DNA of 50,279 bases from Promethearchaeota archaeon (GCA_048941285.1 JBHLNS010000022.1:1-50279); one strand, 5' to 3'. Counted from the first letter of the stretch, positions 19,101 to 28,136 are shown. The notes: generated from the sequence alone by a model not told the origin. Translations and numbers: made by a program.

Positions 19101-21722
19101 GAAGGAAAAATCCTTGAAAATACCCCATATAACGATGTGATAGAAATTTATAAACAAATTCGAGATAAGGTTTATGCGAGGGGATGGAGAGAACAATCAG
19201 AAATATATGCAAATCAAATTAAAATTTATCAGGATAAGCTGGATAAACATGAAAAGCTTCTTGAAGTGGAGATTCAAAAAGCTCAAAGAGATAAAAATAT
19301 TGAAGAAATGCATAAATTAGAGAAGATTGAGTTTGATCAAAAAGATTTAAGCATTATACAGAAAAAAAAAGAGGAAAAAGAGTTTGAAAAGTACATTACA
19401 GAAACATTAAATAAAGCTGAAAAATTAGAAAGAGAATTTGATTCCGCTATGAAAAAAGCGATCAAAAAAGGTACTATAATAGAAAAAACACCCTATGCTA
19501 AAATCATTGAAATATATAGCCAAATTAAAGATAAACTTGAAGAAAAAGGCTGGACAGAACAATCACAAATATATAAAAACCAAATTAAAATTTACCGAGA
19601 AAAGTTAGATAAACATGAGAAATTACTAGAAACAGAACAACAAAAAGCTCAAAGAGAAAAAGAAATTGAAGAAATGCACAAGCTAGGCAAAAAAGAAGCC
19701 ATACCTGATAAGTCAGAAAAAATTAAAGAACTTGAAGCAGGAGAAAAGGAAGAAGATATTTTACTAGATAAAGCTATGGATCTTATAGACGATGCAGAAA
19801 AAGCAGTAAAACGTTATGAATTAAGCATTAGGAAAGATATTTTAGTATATGAAAGCCCTTATGACAATGCAATATCAAATTATGAGAAAGCTCGTGGAAT
19901 ATTTCAAAAAATCGGATGGAATGAAGAGGCTAGCCGTTTAATTAATACAATTAAATTTTATATGGATAAAAAAGAGAAAGATGATAAACTCAGAGAGATT
20001 GAGCAAAAGAAATTGAAAGAGCCTTCTATTGAGTTAATAGTAGCTGATATTAAACCTGATAAGGAATTTATTGATAGACAAAAAAGATTACTGGAAATTG
20101 AACAAAAACAGAAAGAAGGAGATAAAGTTGCTTCTGAAATATTAAATAATATTCAAAATGCGGAGAGAATGGCACAGGAATATGAAATAAAAATAAAAGG
20201 TGGTATATTTGATTACGAGGCTCCTTATGAGAAAATAATCGAAATTTATCGAAATGCGAGGAAAAGGTTCGAAGAAATTAATTGGAAAGAAGAATCTGCG
20301 AAATTAAAAAACACAATTAATTTTTATAAAGAAAAATTGGTTAAGGATAAGAAAGTACGTGCACTAGAAGCTGAGAAGATTAAAATAAGAGAAGAAGAAT
20401 TGTTATTACAACAAAGATTAGTGGAAGAAGCAAAAATTGAACAAGAGAAATTGATACAAAAACGAAAAGAATTGCTAGATTTAAAACAGGAGCGCGTAGC
20501 GCAATTTGAAACGCAAAAAGACAAGGCATTTCGCTTAATGGATCAAGCTAAACGTGAATTAAGACAAAACTATTTTGATAAAGCGATTGAATGTTATAAT
20601 GAAAGTGAGAAGATATTTATTAATATTAACTGGCAAGAAGGAATTAAAATGGTTCATGAATCAGTTGCAATGATCACTAGCAAGAAAAAAGAATTTGAAC
20701 TGGAAAAACAAAAAATCGAAGAACAGAAAATTGAAAAAATATTAATTGAGGAAAAATTGGAAGAACAATTAGCTGAAGCTCAAATTTTAAGAAAAAAGCA
20801 ACAAGAAGAGAAAAGAAAAGAACTTTTGAAGGTTCAAAAAGAAAAGGAAAAAGAACGTCAAGTATCAGAAGAAGCTTATGAACTTTTAGAAGAAGGTACT
20901 GCTTTAATGGACATTAAAAAATTCAATGAAGCTTATGAGAAATTTATTGCTGCTCGGGAATTATTCGAGAAAATAGGATGGCATCGAGAAGTTTCACGTA
21001 TAAATAATGAACTCTTGTTCAAACTTAAAAGGGAACAGAAACAAGCAGAGACTCTAGAAGAAATTAAATTACAAAAAATTGAAGAAGAAAAACAAATGGC
21101 CTTATTAAAAGAAGAAGCTAAAAGAGAAAGAGAAGAAGAAGCTAAAAGAAAAAAAGAAGAAAAACGCAGATTTGTTAAAGAAGAAACTCTTAGAAAAATT
21201 TCTGCTAAATTAGATAAAGCAAGTAAATTAATCGAGAAATATCAATATAATGAGGGGATCTTAATGATGCTAGAAGAGACTCAACGATTAAAAAGTCTTG
21301 GCCAAGAGGAAGAAATTTTAAAAATCAATGAGCAAGTTGAAAATATAAAAAGCGAAGCTGATATACCAATAATTATTTTAGAAATGTCTGAAGGTGAATT
21401 AGAAAATAAAAGCGTCAAAGCGGCATATAAAGCACTAGATAATGCTCAAGGAGCATTAGTTGAAAATCAAAATAAAAGAGCCATTTCAGAATTAAACGAA
21501 GCTAATTATCACCTTGGCAAATTAAAGATTGGAAAGAAATTTGTTAAAGAAATAAATGAAAAAATTACTGATATTAGAGAAAAACTTGGTGTAGAGCCAA
21601 GTAAAGAAAAAATTACAATTTCATCTGAAGATGAGAAAGAAAAACTTAAAGCTAGAATAGCAGCAAGAAGAGAAGAGAGAAGAAAAAAGGTTTTTGATTT
21701 ATTAAAGAAAGATAGAGAATAA
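16104..21722 (+). CDS. Giant (1872 aa) all-helical repeat protein with MIT/TPR-like units and coiled-coil linkers
   Basis: Uninterrupted E/K-rich ORF. Recurrent AE..(A/V)R(E/D)YE...PY..(V/I)IEIY...GW units and AYELLE.A......Y.EA...Y units. Confidence 0.85.
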   Translation: MRYMEEKREEKFDQEFDDEELDLTKDAFFTDLMDMEEEIATEAYELVEHAINLIRTQYYDDSIEILRQAIGLYTQINRTEEIEAINNKISEVYILKEEAFREIEVKPEKKTEVIIEPESIDQTEIEADLIQKANQLIIEAHELSNNNQFEEALDKYDEAEKILEEVHRSDEIERLYLLIEECYNKKAEYLRSIKVEGPKDLVETEAVPIKDKEKEKKLKQFLEAKKREEEISSKAYELLEQAVELAKMNEYDEAINLYNKGVNLFEELNWTYEVKRIRDTIELLEKEKIKYFEEVKKERVEIGQKIESEFHKGKLIDDQVKEISEQEKIAQMERVRGIELQKMELEFFKAQIDNMATEAARMGREYELAMHKAIKEGKLLKECIYPKVIEMYKKIKELLLDKGWNNEAAIYDNTINVYIQKFEQDQKIRQIEADKIIKQKETEEMLKMESVDKDKVVDEKQRALSEEERQKQLEIQNLRNQIDDKTKRAERLAREYEVALRQGKFELKCPYPEIINLFEEAKQIALERGWETDVIIFSSQIYTYKQKLEKDNRLRQIEADKVRKQEEIEELFKIKEEPITDSDAEKLKTLQEQRELEKQKEEFDSVIDVMINRAESMAKEYDLAMKKAIKKGRLAEKPPFLKIIGIYESIKRMLIEKGRKEEAEAYTNQINYYTQKLVQDNKLREVEAKKAQREKALEEMHKMGQEIGIDEIKLATIERKKEDEDFEKYISENVSIAEKMVRDFEIGKRKAYREGKVLESTPYKEVIEIYKQIRDRVYARGWREQAEIYTNQIKIYQGKLDKHEKLLEVEIQKAQREKEIEEMHKMGKGVEIDEKRLETIERKKEEEDFEKLISENVNIAEKMVRDYEIEKRKAYREGVILENTPYKEVIEIYKQIRDKVYARGWREQADIYTNQIKVYQDKLDKHEKLLEVEIQKAQRDKNIEEMHKMGKGVEVDEKRLETIERKKEEEDFEKLISENVNIAEKMVRDYEIEKRKAFREGKILENTPYNDVIEIYKQIRDKVYARGWREQSEIYANQIKIYQDKLDKHEKLLEVEIQKAQRDKNIEEMHKLEKIEFDQKDLSIIQKKKEEKEFEKYITETLNKAEKLEREFDSAMKKAIKKGTIIEKTPYAKIIEIYSQIKDKLEEKGWTEQSQIYKNQIKIYREKLDKHEKLLETEQQKAQREKEIEEMHKLGKKEAIPDKSEKIKELEAGEKEEDILLDKAMDLIDDAEKAVKRYELSIRKDILVYESPYDNAISNYEKARGIFQKIGWNEEASRLINTIKFYMDKKEKDDKLREIEQKKLKEPSIELIVADIKPDKEFIDRQKRLLEIEQKQKEGDKVASEILNNIQNAERMAQEYEIKIKGGIFDYEAPYEKIIEIYRNARKRFEEINWKEESAKLKNTINFYKEKLVKDKKVRALEAEKIKIREEELLLQQRLVEEAKIEQEKLIQKRKELLDLKQERVAQFETQKDKAFRLMDQAKRELRQNYFDKAIECYNESEKIFININWQEGIKMVHESVAMITSKKKEFELEKQKIEEQKIEKILIEEKLEEQLAEAQILRKKQQEEKRKELLKVQKEKEKERQVSEEAYELLEEGTALMDIKKFNEAYEKFIAARELFEKIGWHREVSRINNELLFKLKREQKQAETLEEIKLQKIEEEKQMALLKEEAKREREEEAKRKKEEKRRFVKEETLRKISAKLDKASKLIEKYQYNEGILMMLEETQRLKSLGQEEEILKINEQVENIKSEADIPIIILEMSEGELENKSVKAAYKALDNAQGALVENQNKRAISELNEANYHLGKLKIGKKFVKEINEKITDIREKLGVEPSKEKITISSEDEKEKLKARIAARREERRKKVFDLLKKDRE
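18171..19680 (+). repeat. Intragenic tandem repeat, 369-bp (123-aa) period
   Basis: AAAGCTCAAAGAGA...GAAGAAATGCA anchors at 18171, 18540, 18909, 19278 and 19644. The first three units are near-identical and the fourth is diverged. Confidence 0.9.
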
Positions 21723-21766
21723 TTATCTATTTTATCCTCTGATTTAAAAAAAATAAAAAAATTAGA

Positions 21767-21997
21767 TTAAATAAGTAGATTTTCTTGAATTTCATTTTCT
21801 ACTTCAGATTCGAGCATATTAGGAGCAATATTTCTATTTACCGATTCTTCAATCAAATATTCTGTCTTAATTAAATCACGTATAGCAACTCGAATTGCCT
21901 CTGAACGATTAGGGAATTTTCCATCTACCACAAGAATCTCTAAGACTTTTAAATAAGATTCGGGCAAATTAACTGAGATAAGTTTCATAACAATCAT
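21767..21997 (-). CDS. Ribbon-helix-helix (CopG family) regulator, CdrS-like
   Basis: MKLISVNLP...LV.DGKFPNRSEAIRVAIRDLI. Start at 21997 or 21988. Confidence 0.85.
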   Translation of the reverse strand: MIVMKLISVNLPESYLKVLEILVVDGKFPNRSEAIRVAIRDLIKTEYLIEESVNRNIAPNMLESEVENEIQENLLI

Positions 21998-22040
21998 CTA
22001 ATACTTTTATTTAATTGATAAAAATATATACGAGAGTGAT

Positions 22041-22059
22041 ATATTTAAAGATTTAGTGG
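22041..22059 (-). promoter_or_regulatory. Putative archaeal BRE-TATA promoter of the RHH gene
   Basis: Minus strand CCACTAAAT-CTTTAAATAT about 45 nt upstream of the start; similar to the element upstream of grpE. Confidence 0.45.
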
Positions 22060-22281
22060 AAACTAACCCCAAGAAGTCCGACAGAATGCCAATATTCCTT
22101 TAAATACTTGTTTGGATTATTTTCTTTAAAATTATTACATGAGAGGTTAGATTCATTATCAATTAGAAAATTATGAGTTTTCAATTAATTCCAAAAATTT
22201 TTATATAGGTATAATATGTAACACGTAACATAAAAAATAAAGATGTTATAATCTAAAAAAAATGTCCAAGAAGGGATAAAT

Positions 22282-22599
22282 ATGTCAAATATTGAAAACC
22301 AATTAAAAGATCATTTAAAAAATGGATCGGATTGGGAAAAAATGGAAACTCCTGTTGAAGGTGTTTTTGTAGTTAAGGTTCCTGCTACAAAAACTAAACC
22401 AGCATTACTTTTCTTAGAAATTAATCCTTTAAAAGATGATGGAAAACCTCTAAAAAAGAGAGGATTATTTGTGGGATCTAAAGAAATACTTTTAAAATTT
22501 AGCGAAGCGTTGAATGATGATAAGACTTTTCAATTGATCGGAGAATTGGAGAAAATAAACCCTGAAATTATAAAAAATACTAAAAAATTAAAAATGTAA
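22282..22599 (+). CDS. Hypothetical protein
   Basis: Clean ORF with AAGGGA upstream; beta-rich DWEK..T..EGVFVVKVP...LEINP...KKRGLF segment. Confidence 0.7.
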   Translation: MSNIENQLKDHLKNGSDWEKMETPVEGVFVVKVPATKTKPALLFLEINPLKDDGKPLKKRGLFVGSKEILLKFSEALNDDKTFQLIGELEKINPEIIKNTKKLKM

Positions 22600-22795
22600 G
22601 GATTAATTTCTTATATTTCGCTAATTCATAGTTTATTTATAAATTATTTTTGGTTTTAAGAAAATATTTAATTTTTAATTTTATTATTTAATTAATATAA
22701 TTGCTTAGTATAAGTATAAAATTCAAATAGTTTAAACTTATATTATTCAAAAAAAATTAAATAAAATTAATTAACTTAAGAGCTGTTTTTGAGAA

Positions 22796-23080
22796 ATGTC
22801 TGCAGAGGATGGGGTTCATTGTATAGTATGTGGAAAGGAAAACTTTTCTCTTGCCCATGATGAATGGATGAGGAGAGCTTTTCCTTTTGTTGAACAAGGT
22901 CAATTGAAGATGTGTTCTGGTTGTGGAGCAAAATATTTAGTTTGTGAAAGTTGTGGAGGCCTTTACTGTCGTATACATCCCGCTCTTGAAAGTTGGGAAC
23001 TTCCAGACAAATGTCCTAAGTGTGGATGGGTAAATGAAAGTGTAAAAGCGTGGGATGGAACATCTGCCCGCCATTTTTAA
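22796..23080 (+). CDS. Cys-rich zinc-binding protein
   Basis: Four CxxCG motifs plus CxxH in 94 aa. Confidence 0.7.
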   Translation: MSAEDGVHCIVCGKENFSLAHDEWMRRAFPFVEQGQLKMCSGCGAKYLVCESCGGLYCRIHPALESWELPDKCPKCGWVNESVKAWDGTSARHF

Positions 23081-23262
23081 CACTTATGTTTATAAGTGCT
23101 AAATTTATTTTAATTTTTTTAAAATGCTATTGTTTTAATTAAAGGGTATATTAATTAACATCTCATCTGTTATTTTATCAATTTTACGTCAAGAAAATTT
23201 AAATTATAAAATAGCAATAATTATTTTAATAGAAAAGTATATGACATTTACGATGGTTTAAC

Positions 23263-23739
23263 ATGAGTTCAAATATTAAAGTACTAGTTGCTAATCCTGA
23301 AAACATTGATGATTTAAGAGAATTAACAAAGCAATTAGTTGAAGGTTTGGGGCAAGAATTCGACCCAAAACGTTTTGATTGGGGAATAAGGCGTCGTCTT
23401 TATGATCCTCTTCAACGCCACGGAATATTAATAGCTATTGACGAGGATTCTGATGAAGTTATCGGAATGATTATAGCAGAGCTTCGTATTGACCCATTTG
23501 GTTCTTCTGAGGGCTATATCAAACAATTTTTTCTTAAAGAAAAGTATAGAAAGAAGGGAGCAGGACATCTTTTATTAGAAAAAGCTTTAGAGCATTTGAA
23601 AAAGATAAAGGTTGAAAAAATTCGAGTAAATATTAAAGAGAAAGCAGTTGAAGCTTCTAAACTCTATGAAAAAATGAAATTCAAAAAAGTATATGAAGTT
23701 TTAGAGTTAGAACTTACAAAAAAGAACTCTAAAGATTAA
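23263..23739 (+). CDS. GNAT family N-acetyltransferase
   Basis: YRKKGAG..LL acetyl-CoA motif and A.KLYEK..F. Confidence 0.88.
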   Translation: MSSNIKVLVANPENIDDLRELTKQLVEGLGQEFDPKRFDWGIRRRLYDPLQRHGILIAIDEDSDEVIGMIIAELRIDPFGSSEGYIKQFFLKEKYRKKGAGHLLLEKALEHLKKIKVEKIRVNIKEKAVEASKLYEKMKFKKVYEVLELELTKKNSKD

Positions 23740-23769
23740 ATATGCGATAATATTGATAGGATTACCAGC

Positions 23770-24732
23770 ATGTTAGAGATTCCTTGGACTGAAAAATATA
23801 GGCCAACCACATTTGATGAAATCGTCAGTCAGAATATCGCAATTAACAATCTTAAAAAATTTGTAAAAACTACAAATATCCCTCATTTAATTTTTGCTGG
23901 TCCTGCGGGAACTGGAAAAACGAGTACTGCTTTAATAATAGCTAGATCTTTTCTTAAAGATGAACAATTAGATACAAATCTTTTAGAATTGAATGCTTCT
24001 GATACAGTAAGAATTGATTTTGTAAGAAACGTTCTTAAGAATTTTGTTAATCAAAGTTTAGTAAAAGATGGATCTCTAAAATTTGTTCTTCTTGATGAAG
24101 CTGATAATATACCGGGACAAGTCCAGCAAGCGCTTAGAAGAATAATAGAAAAAACTTCAAATAATATAAAGTTCATACTTTTATGTAATTATATAAATAG
24201 AATAATTGATCCAATTGTATCACGATGCGCTGTCTTTAGATTTGTTAATTTACCTAAAGAAAAAATAATTGAAAGATTAGAAGATATCTCAAAAAAAGAA
24301 AAATTGAGAATACCTCCTGATAAAGCAAAAGAATTCTTTGAAAAATTGTATTTTATTTCAGGGGGGGATTTGAGAAAAGCTATCAACACATTTCAAATGT
24401 CAGTTGCGCTTGAACTCTTGGATAATTTAGATATCAATGAAATTTTAAAGATTTCAGGATTTCTAGATGAAAAGACTCTTAATAACCTAATTTCAGCTCT
24501 TAAGAGCAAAGATATTATGAAATCTGGAGAGATAATAGATTCTATTGAAATTCTTGATAGTCGAAATTTTATAAGACAAATTTTAGAAATTTTGCCATCA
24601 TTAAATTTGACTCCTGTAAAAATATCTGATTTAAGAGCTTATTTTGGAGAAATTGATTATAGGATAAGTCAAGGTGCAGATGAACAAATACAGATATCCG
24701 CTCTATTAGCAATGATTATAGAGAGCATTTAA
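23770..24732 (+). CDS. rfcS: Replication factor C small subunit
   Basis: PWTEKYRP, GPAGTGKT, LELNASD, LDEAD and SRC. Confidence 0.95.
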   Translation: MLEIPWTEKYRPTTFDEIVSQNIAINNLKKFVKTTNIPHLIFAGPAGTGKTSTALIIARSFLKDEQLDTNLLELNASDTVRIDFVRNVLKNFVNQSLVKDGSLKFVLLDEADNIPGQVQQALRRIIEKTSNNIKFILLCNYINRIIDPIVSRCAVFRFVNLPKEKIIERLEDISKKEKLRIPPDKAKEFFEKLYFISGGDLRKAINTFQMSVALELLDNLDINEILKISGFLDEKTLNNLISALKSKDIMKSGEIIDSIEILDSRNFIRQILEILPSLNLTPVKISDLRAYFGEIDYRISQGADEQIQISALLAMIIESI

Positions 24733-24749
24733 TCTTAAATTATTATTTC

Positions 24750-25823
24750 ATGAAAAATGAAGAAAGGGTAATTAATTTGATTGATGAAAGTCCTATATGG
24801 CGGATTAAGTATCATCCAAAGAATTTAGATCAAGTTTGTGGAAGAGAAAGTGTTAAGAAAACTCTAAAACAAATCGTCCAACAAGGTAATTTTCCACATT
24901 TATTATTTTTAGGTTCTAAGGGGATCGGGAAAACATTGATTGCCCAACTGTTTTCAAAGGAATTTCTAACTAACAATTATGATGCAAATTTTAAATTGGT
25001 TTATGCCAACGTTCCTTTAAATGATGAAGAAAGAAAACAATCAAGAAGTGATTCATATGTATCTACAAGTAAAATAGGAAGCATTGCAGGAAGAACAATA
25101 ACTACACCTGCATTTATTCAAGTAAGAGTAAAACCATTTGTTCAATTAAAAGTCTTAGGAGATGCTCCATTTAAAATTCTTGTTGTAAATAATTTTGAAG
25201 TCTTAGGCTCAGATCAACAAGGCTTTAGAAGATTAATGGAAATTTATGGCTCAAATTGTAGAATGATTTTGATAACAACTAAAATTTCGAGTATAATCAA
25301 TCCAATAATAAGCAGATGTCAAATTGTTTTAATATCTCGAGTAAAATTAAATGAATTTAAAGATTTGATTCTTGATATCGCTAAAAAGGAATCCTTAAAA
25401 ATAACAAATGATTGTATTGAAATTTTATATAGAATTTCGGATGGGAGAATATCAAGAGCTATAGATATCTTGCAATTGAGTAGTATTTCTGATAATACTA
25501 TTTCTGCAGACATTCTATATGATAGCTCCCAAAAATTTTATAATGATTTAATAAGAAGCCTATTAATGGTGGCTTTTAAGGGAGATTTTTCAAAGACACG
25601 AGACCTAGCACGAAAAATTCTTTCTAATTATAAATATAATGTGCATGAATTGTATAATCTCTTACTTATTGAATTAAATAAATTACCACTAAGCAGTTTT
25701 GCCCGAATTAAGTTGATTAATCTAATTGCAGACTCTGATTTTAGATCTCTTGATGGGAGAGATAATGACATTCAAGTTTCTGCACTTTTATCAAAAATTT
25801 GTCTATTTTCAGAATATATGTAA
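24750..25823 (+). CDS. rfcS2: Replication factor C small subunit, divergent second paralog
   Basis: W..KYHP, FPHLLFLGSKGIGKT, QQGFRRLME and PIISRC. Walker B is VVNNFE. Confidence 0.88.
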   Translation: MKNEERVINLIDESPIWRIKYHPKNLDQVCGRESVKKTLKQIVQQGNFPHLLFLGSKGIGKTLIAQLFSKEFLTNNYDANFKLVYANVPLNDEERKQSRSDSYVSTSKIGSIAGRTITTPAFIQVRVKPFVQLKVLGDAPFKILVVNNFEVLGSDQQGFRRLMEIYGSNCRMILITTKISSIINPIISRCQIVLISRVKLNEFKDLILDIAKKESLKITNDCIEILYRISDGRISRAIDILQLSSISDNTISADILYDSSQKFYNDLIRSLLMVAFKGDFSKTRDLARKILSNYKYNVHELYNLLLIELNKLPLSSFARIKLINLIADSDFRSLDGRDNDIQVSALLSKICLFSEYM

Positions 25824-25836
25824 ATGAGCGAGGCAA

Positions 25837-27192
25837 ATGTCAAAAAGAAAATCGGATATTCCATGGGTTGAGAAATACCGCCCAAAAAGTATCAGAGAAA
25901 TGGCTTTACCTACAGCTAGGCTTGGTAGACAGCGAATAAAATTAGATGAAGAATTAATAAATTTCATAAATCAATTCTTTAAAGAAAGAGAAATAATTAA
26001 TAAGGAAAATAAAGAGATTCGGGAATCTAATAGAGCTGCTATTGAGAAAGATCAAAGAGAAGAAAAGCAAATAGCTCCTGAAAAAGCTGCTGTTTTATTA
26101 GAAGGTCCACCTGGAATTGGAAAAACATCCATAGTCTATGCTCTTGCTAATGATTTTAATATGGAAGTTATAGAAACCAATGCATCAGATACACGAACTA
26201 GGGATGCCTTAGAAAGAAAGTTGAAAGAAACTACAAAAACTCGTGGAATTTTGGATTTTATTACTGAATCTAAAGAAAAATTAATATTAATTGATGAAAT
26301 TGATGGAATATATGGCGTTCAAGATAGAGGAGCTATTCCTACTGTAATCGATTTAATTCAGAATACTCAATTCCCTATTATTATGTGCTCTAATGAATAT
26401 AAAACAAATTTACAACCACTTTATAATAAAATTAAAAGATATGAGGTTCATCCTTTGGCTAAGAATGAAATAATTAAAATAGCAAAGAATATCCTCAAAA
26501 AGGAGAATATTACCAATCTTAAAAATGAGGATTTAGAGTTAATTATTGATAAAAATAATGGGGATTTAAGAGGAGTGATTAATGATATTCAAGGGATTGG
26601 CCAAGGTAAGATAGAAGATGATGTTAAAGATCTTATTCTAAGTCTACATCGAGATAGTTTAGAAGAAATATTTACATTAATTAGAGATTTATTTCAAGTA
26701 ACTTCTTTAAGAGAAGCTCGAAACGTTGTGAATCGATCTGATGTTGATTACAATTTCTTATATAAATGGATAAATGAGAATCTTCTTACTTTTATTAAAT
26801 CCAATAGAGAGCTTATCGTGGCTTTTGAGAATCTTTCACTAGCTGATGAAATATTTGGGAGAATTCGTGCAACTCAGTATTGGGGATTATTACCTTATTT
26901 TTTCGACATTTTTGCGGGAGCAGTTGCTTTATCTAGAACTGAAACACCTATATCAAAAGGTTTTCAAAGAGTTGTATTTCCAAGATACACTTCAGGTACC
27001 TACTTTTCTTTAACGAATGTTGAAAAAGAGTTAATGGATAAAATTAAAAAAAAATATGAAATCTCTGAAATTGATTTCAGTCATGATTTCCTTCCCTTTT
27101 TGAAGATTTTATGTGGTAGTTCAAGAAAACAACTTAAAAATGTTTCTGATTGGTTAGAATTAGATGCAAAGGAAAAGAAATTGTTAAAATAG
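25837..27192 (+). CDS. rfcL: Replication factor C large subunit
   Basis: PWVEKYRP, GPPGIGKT, IETNASD.R, IDEIDG, GDLR.VIND, W..EN, LS.AD. Confidence 0.93.
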   Translation: MSKRKSDIPWVEKYRPKSIREMALPTARLGRQRIKLDEELINFINQFFKEREIINKENKEIRESNRAAIEKDQREEKQIAPEKAAVLLEGPPGIGKTSIVYALANDFNMEVIETNASDTRTRDALERKLKETTKTRGILDFITESKEKLILIDEIDGIYGVQDRGAIPTVIDLIQNTQFPIIMCSNEYKTNLQPLYNKIKRYEVHPLAKNEIIKIAKNILKKENITNLKNEDLELIIDKNNGDLRGVINDIQGIGQGKIEDDVKDLILSLHRDSLEEIFTLIRDLFQVTSLREARNVVNRSDVDYNFLYKWINENLLTFIKSNRELIVAFENLSLADEIFGRIRATQYWGLLPYFFDIFAGAVALSRTETPISKGFQRVVFPRYTSGTYFSLTNVEKELMDKIKKKYEISEIDFSHDFLPFLKILCGSSRKQLKNVSDWLELDAKEKKLLK

Positions 27193-27473
27193 TCCTAACA
27201 AACCCTAATATTAATAGGATTTGATCTCCAAAAATGAGTAGATCAAATTTAAAAAATAGTAAAATATAGGATAAAACACATTTAAATTATTACTCGAATT
27301 GATAATTATTTTAATATCGATTATGAATTTTTATTTTTTTTCAATATAATTTATTTATATTCATTTTTTGAATTAGATTTTATAATATCCAATTATAACA
27401 ACAATCATTTAAATATCGCAATACACCATACATCAAGAAAATGAATTAATGAACAAATTATTATAAAATTAAA

Positions 27474-28136
27474 ATGTCACAAATAAAACCCGGAGAAAAA
27501 GAAGTAATTAGGAGCAGGTCATCACAATTAATAATAGAATTATCAGGAGCTGCAATATTTGGAGCTTTATCTGTCGTTGTAGGGGCATTCCTTGCTCCAA
27601 ATATACCAAGAATAGCGGGTTGGTTTATTGCAATTGTAGACCCAATTTCAATTTTATGGGTTGCTTGTTTATTAGTATTTGGTGTAAGAGCAGGCATTTT
27701 GTGTAGCGTTGTTGGAGCTGTTGGATTAATGCCTTTTGATTTTACAGGATGGATTGGGCCTTCAATGAAACTTGCTGCTACGATTTCTTTAATTTTTATT
27801 CCAATTGTATTTCTAAAATTATATAAGAGAGAACCTGGACAATTAAATAGTAAAAAATTGAAAGAACCAAAAAACTATATTATATACGGTTTAATAGGTA
27901 CTGTGCTTCGCATTGGTGTGATGGAACTCTTGAATATTATAGCATATTTAACAGTTTTTTCAGCCTATGCTGGTATGATTACTTTAGAATTTCTAGGGTT
28001 GCCTCAAATAACAGGAATGACAGCAATCCTAATTGGGGCACCTCTAATTAATACCTGGCAGAGTGCATTAGATCTTCTAATTCCATATCTATTAGTTTTC
28101 ACGACTAAACTTGATGAAAAATTTGAAATTTGGTAA
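27474..28136 (+). CDS. ECF transporter S-component-like membrane protein
   Basis: About 6 TM segments; AIFGALS, D.ISI......FG..AG pattern. Confidence 0.65.
   Translation: MSQIKPGEKEVIRSRSSQLIIELSGAAIFGALSVVVGAFLAPNIPRIAGWFIAIVDPISILWVACLLVFGVRAGILCSVVGAVGLMPFDFTGWIGPSMKLAATISLIFIPIVFLKLYKREPGQLNSKKLKEPKNYIIYGLIGTVLRIGVMELLNIIAYLTVFSAYAGMITLEFLGLPQITGMTAILIGAPLINTWQSALDLLIPYLLVFTTKLDEKFEIW

Noticed and set aside
18150-19196. 348-aa Phe/Ile-rich antisense ORF
   Set aside because: Shadow of the A-rich, Glu/Lys-coding tandem repeat on the + strand; repetition explains the lack of stops.
18171-19680. Tandem repeat as a CRISPR array or mobile element
   Set aside because: Units are 369 bp, in frame within a CDS, with no unique spacers, cas genes or terminal repeats.
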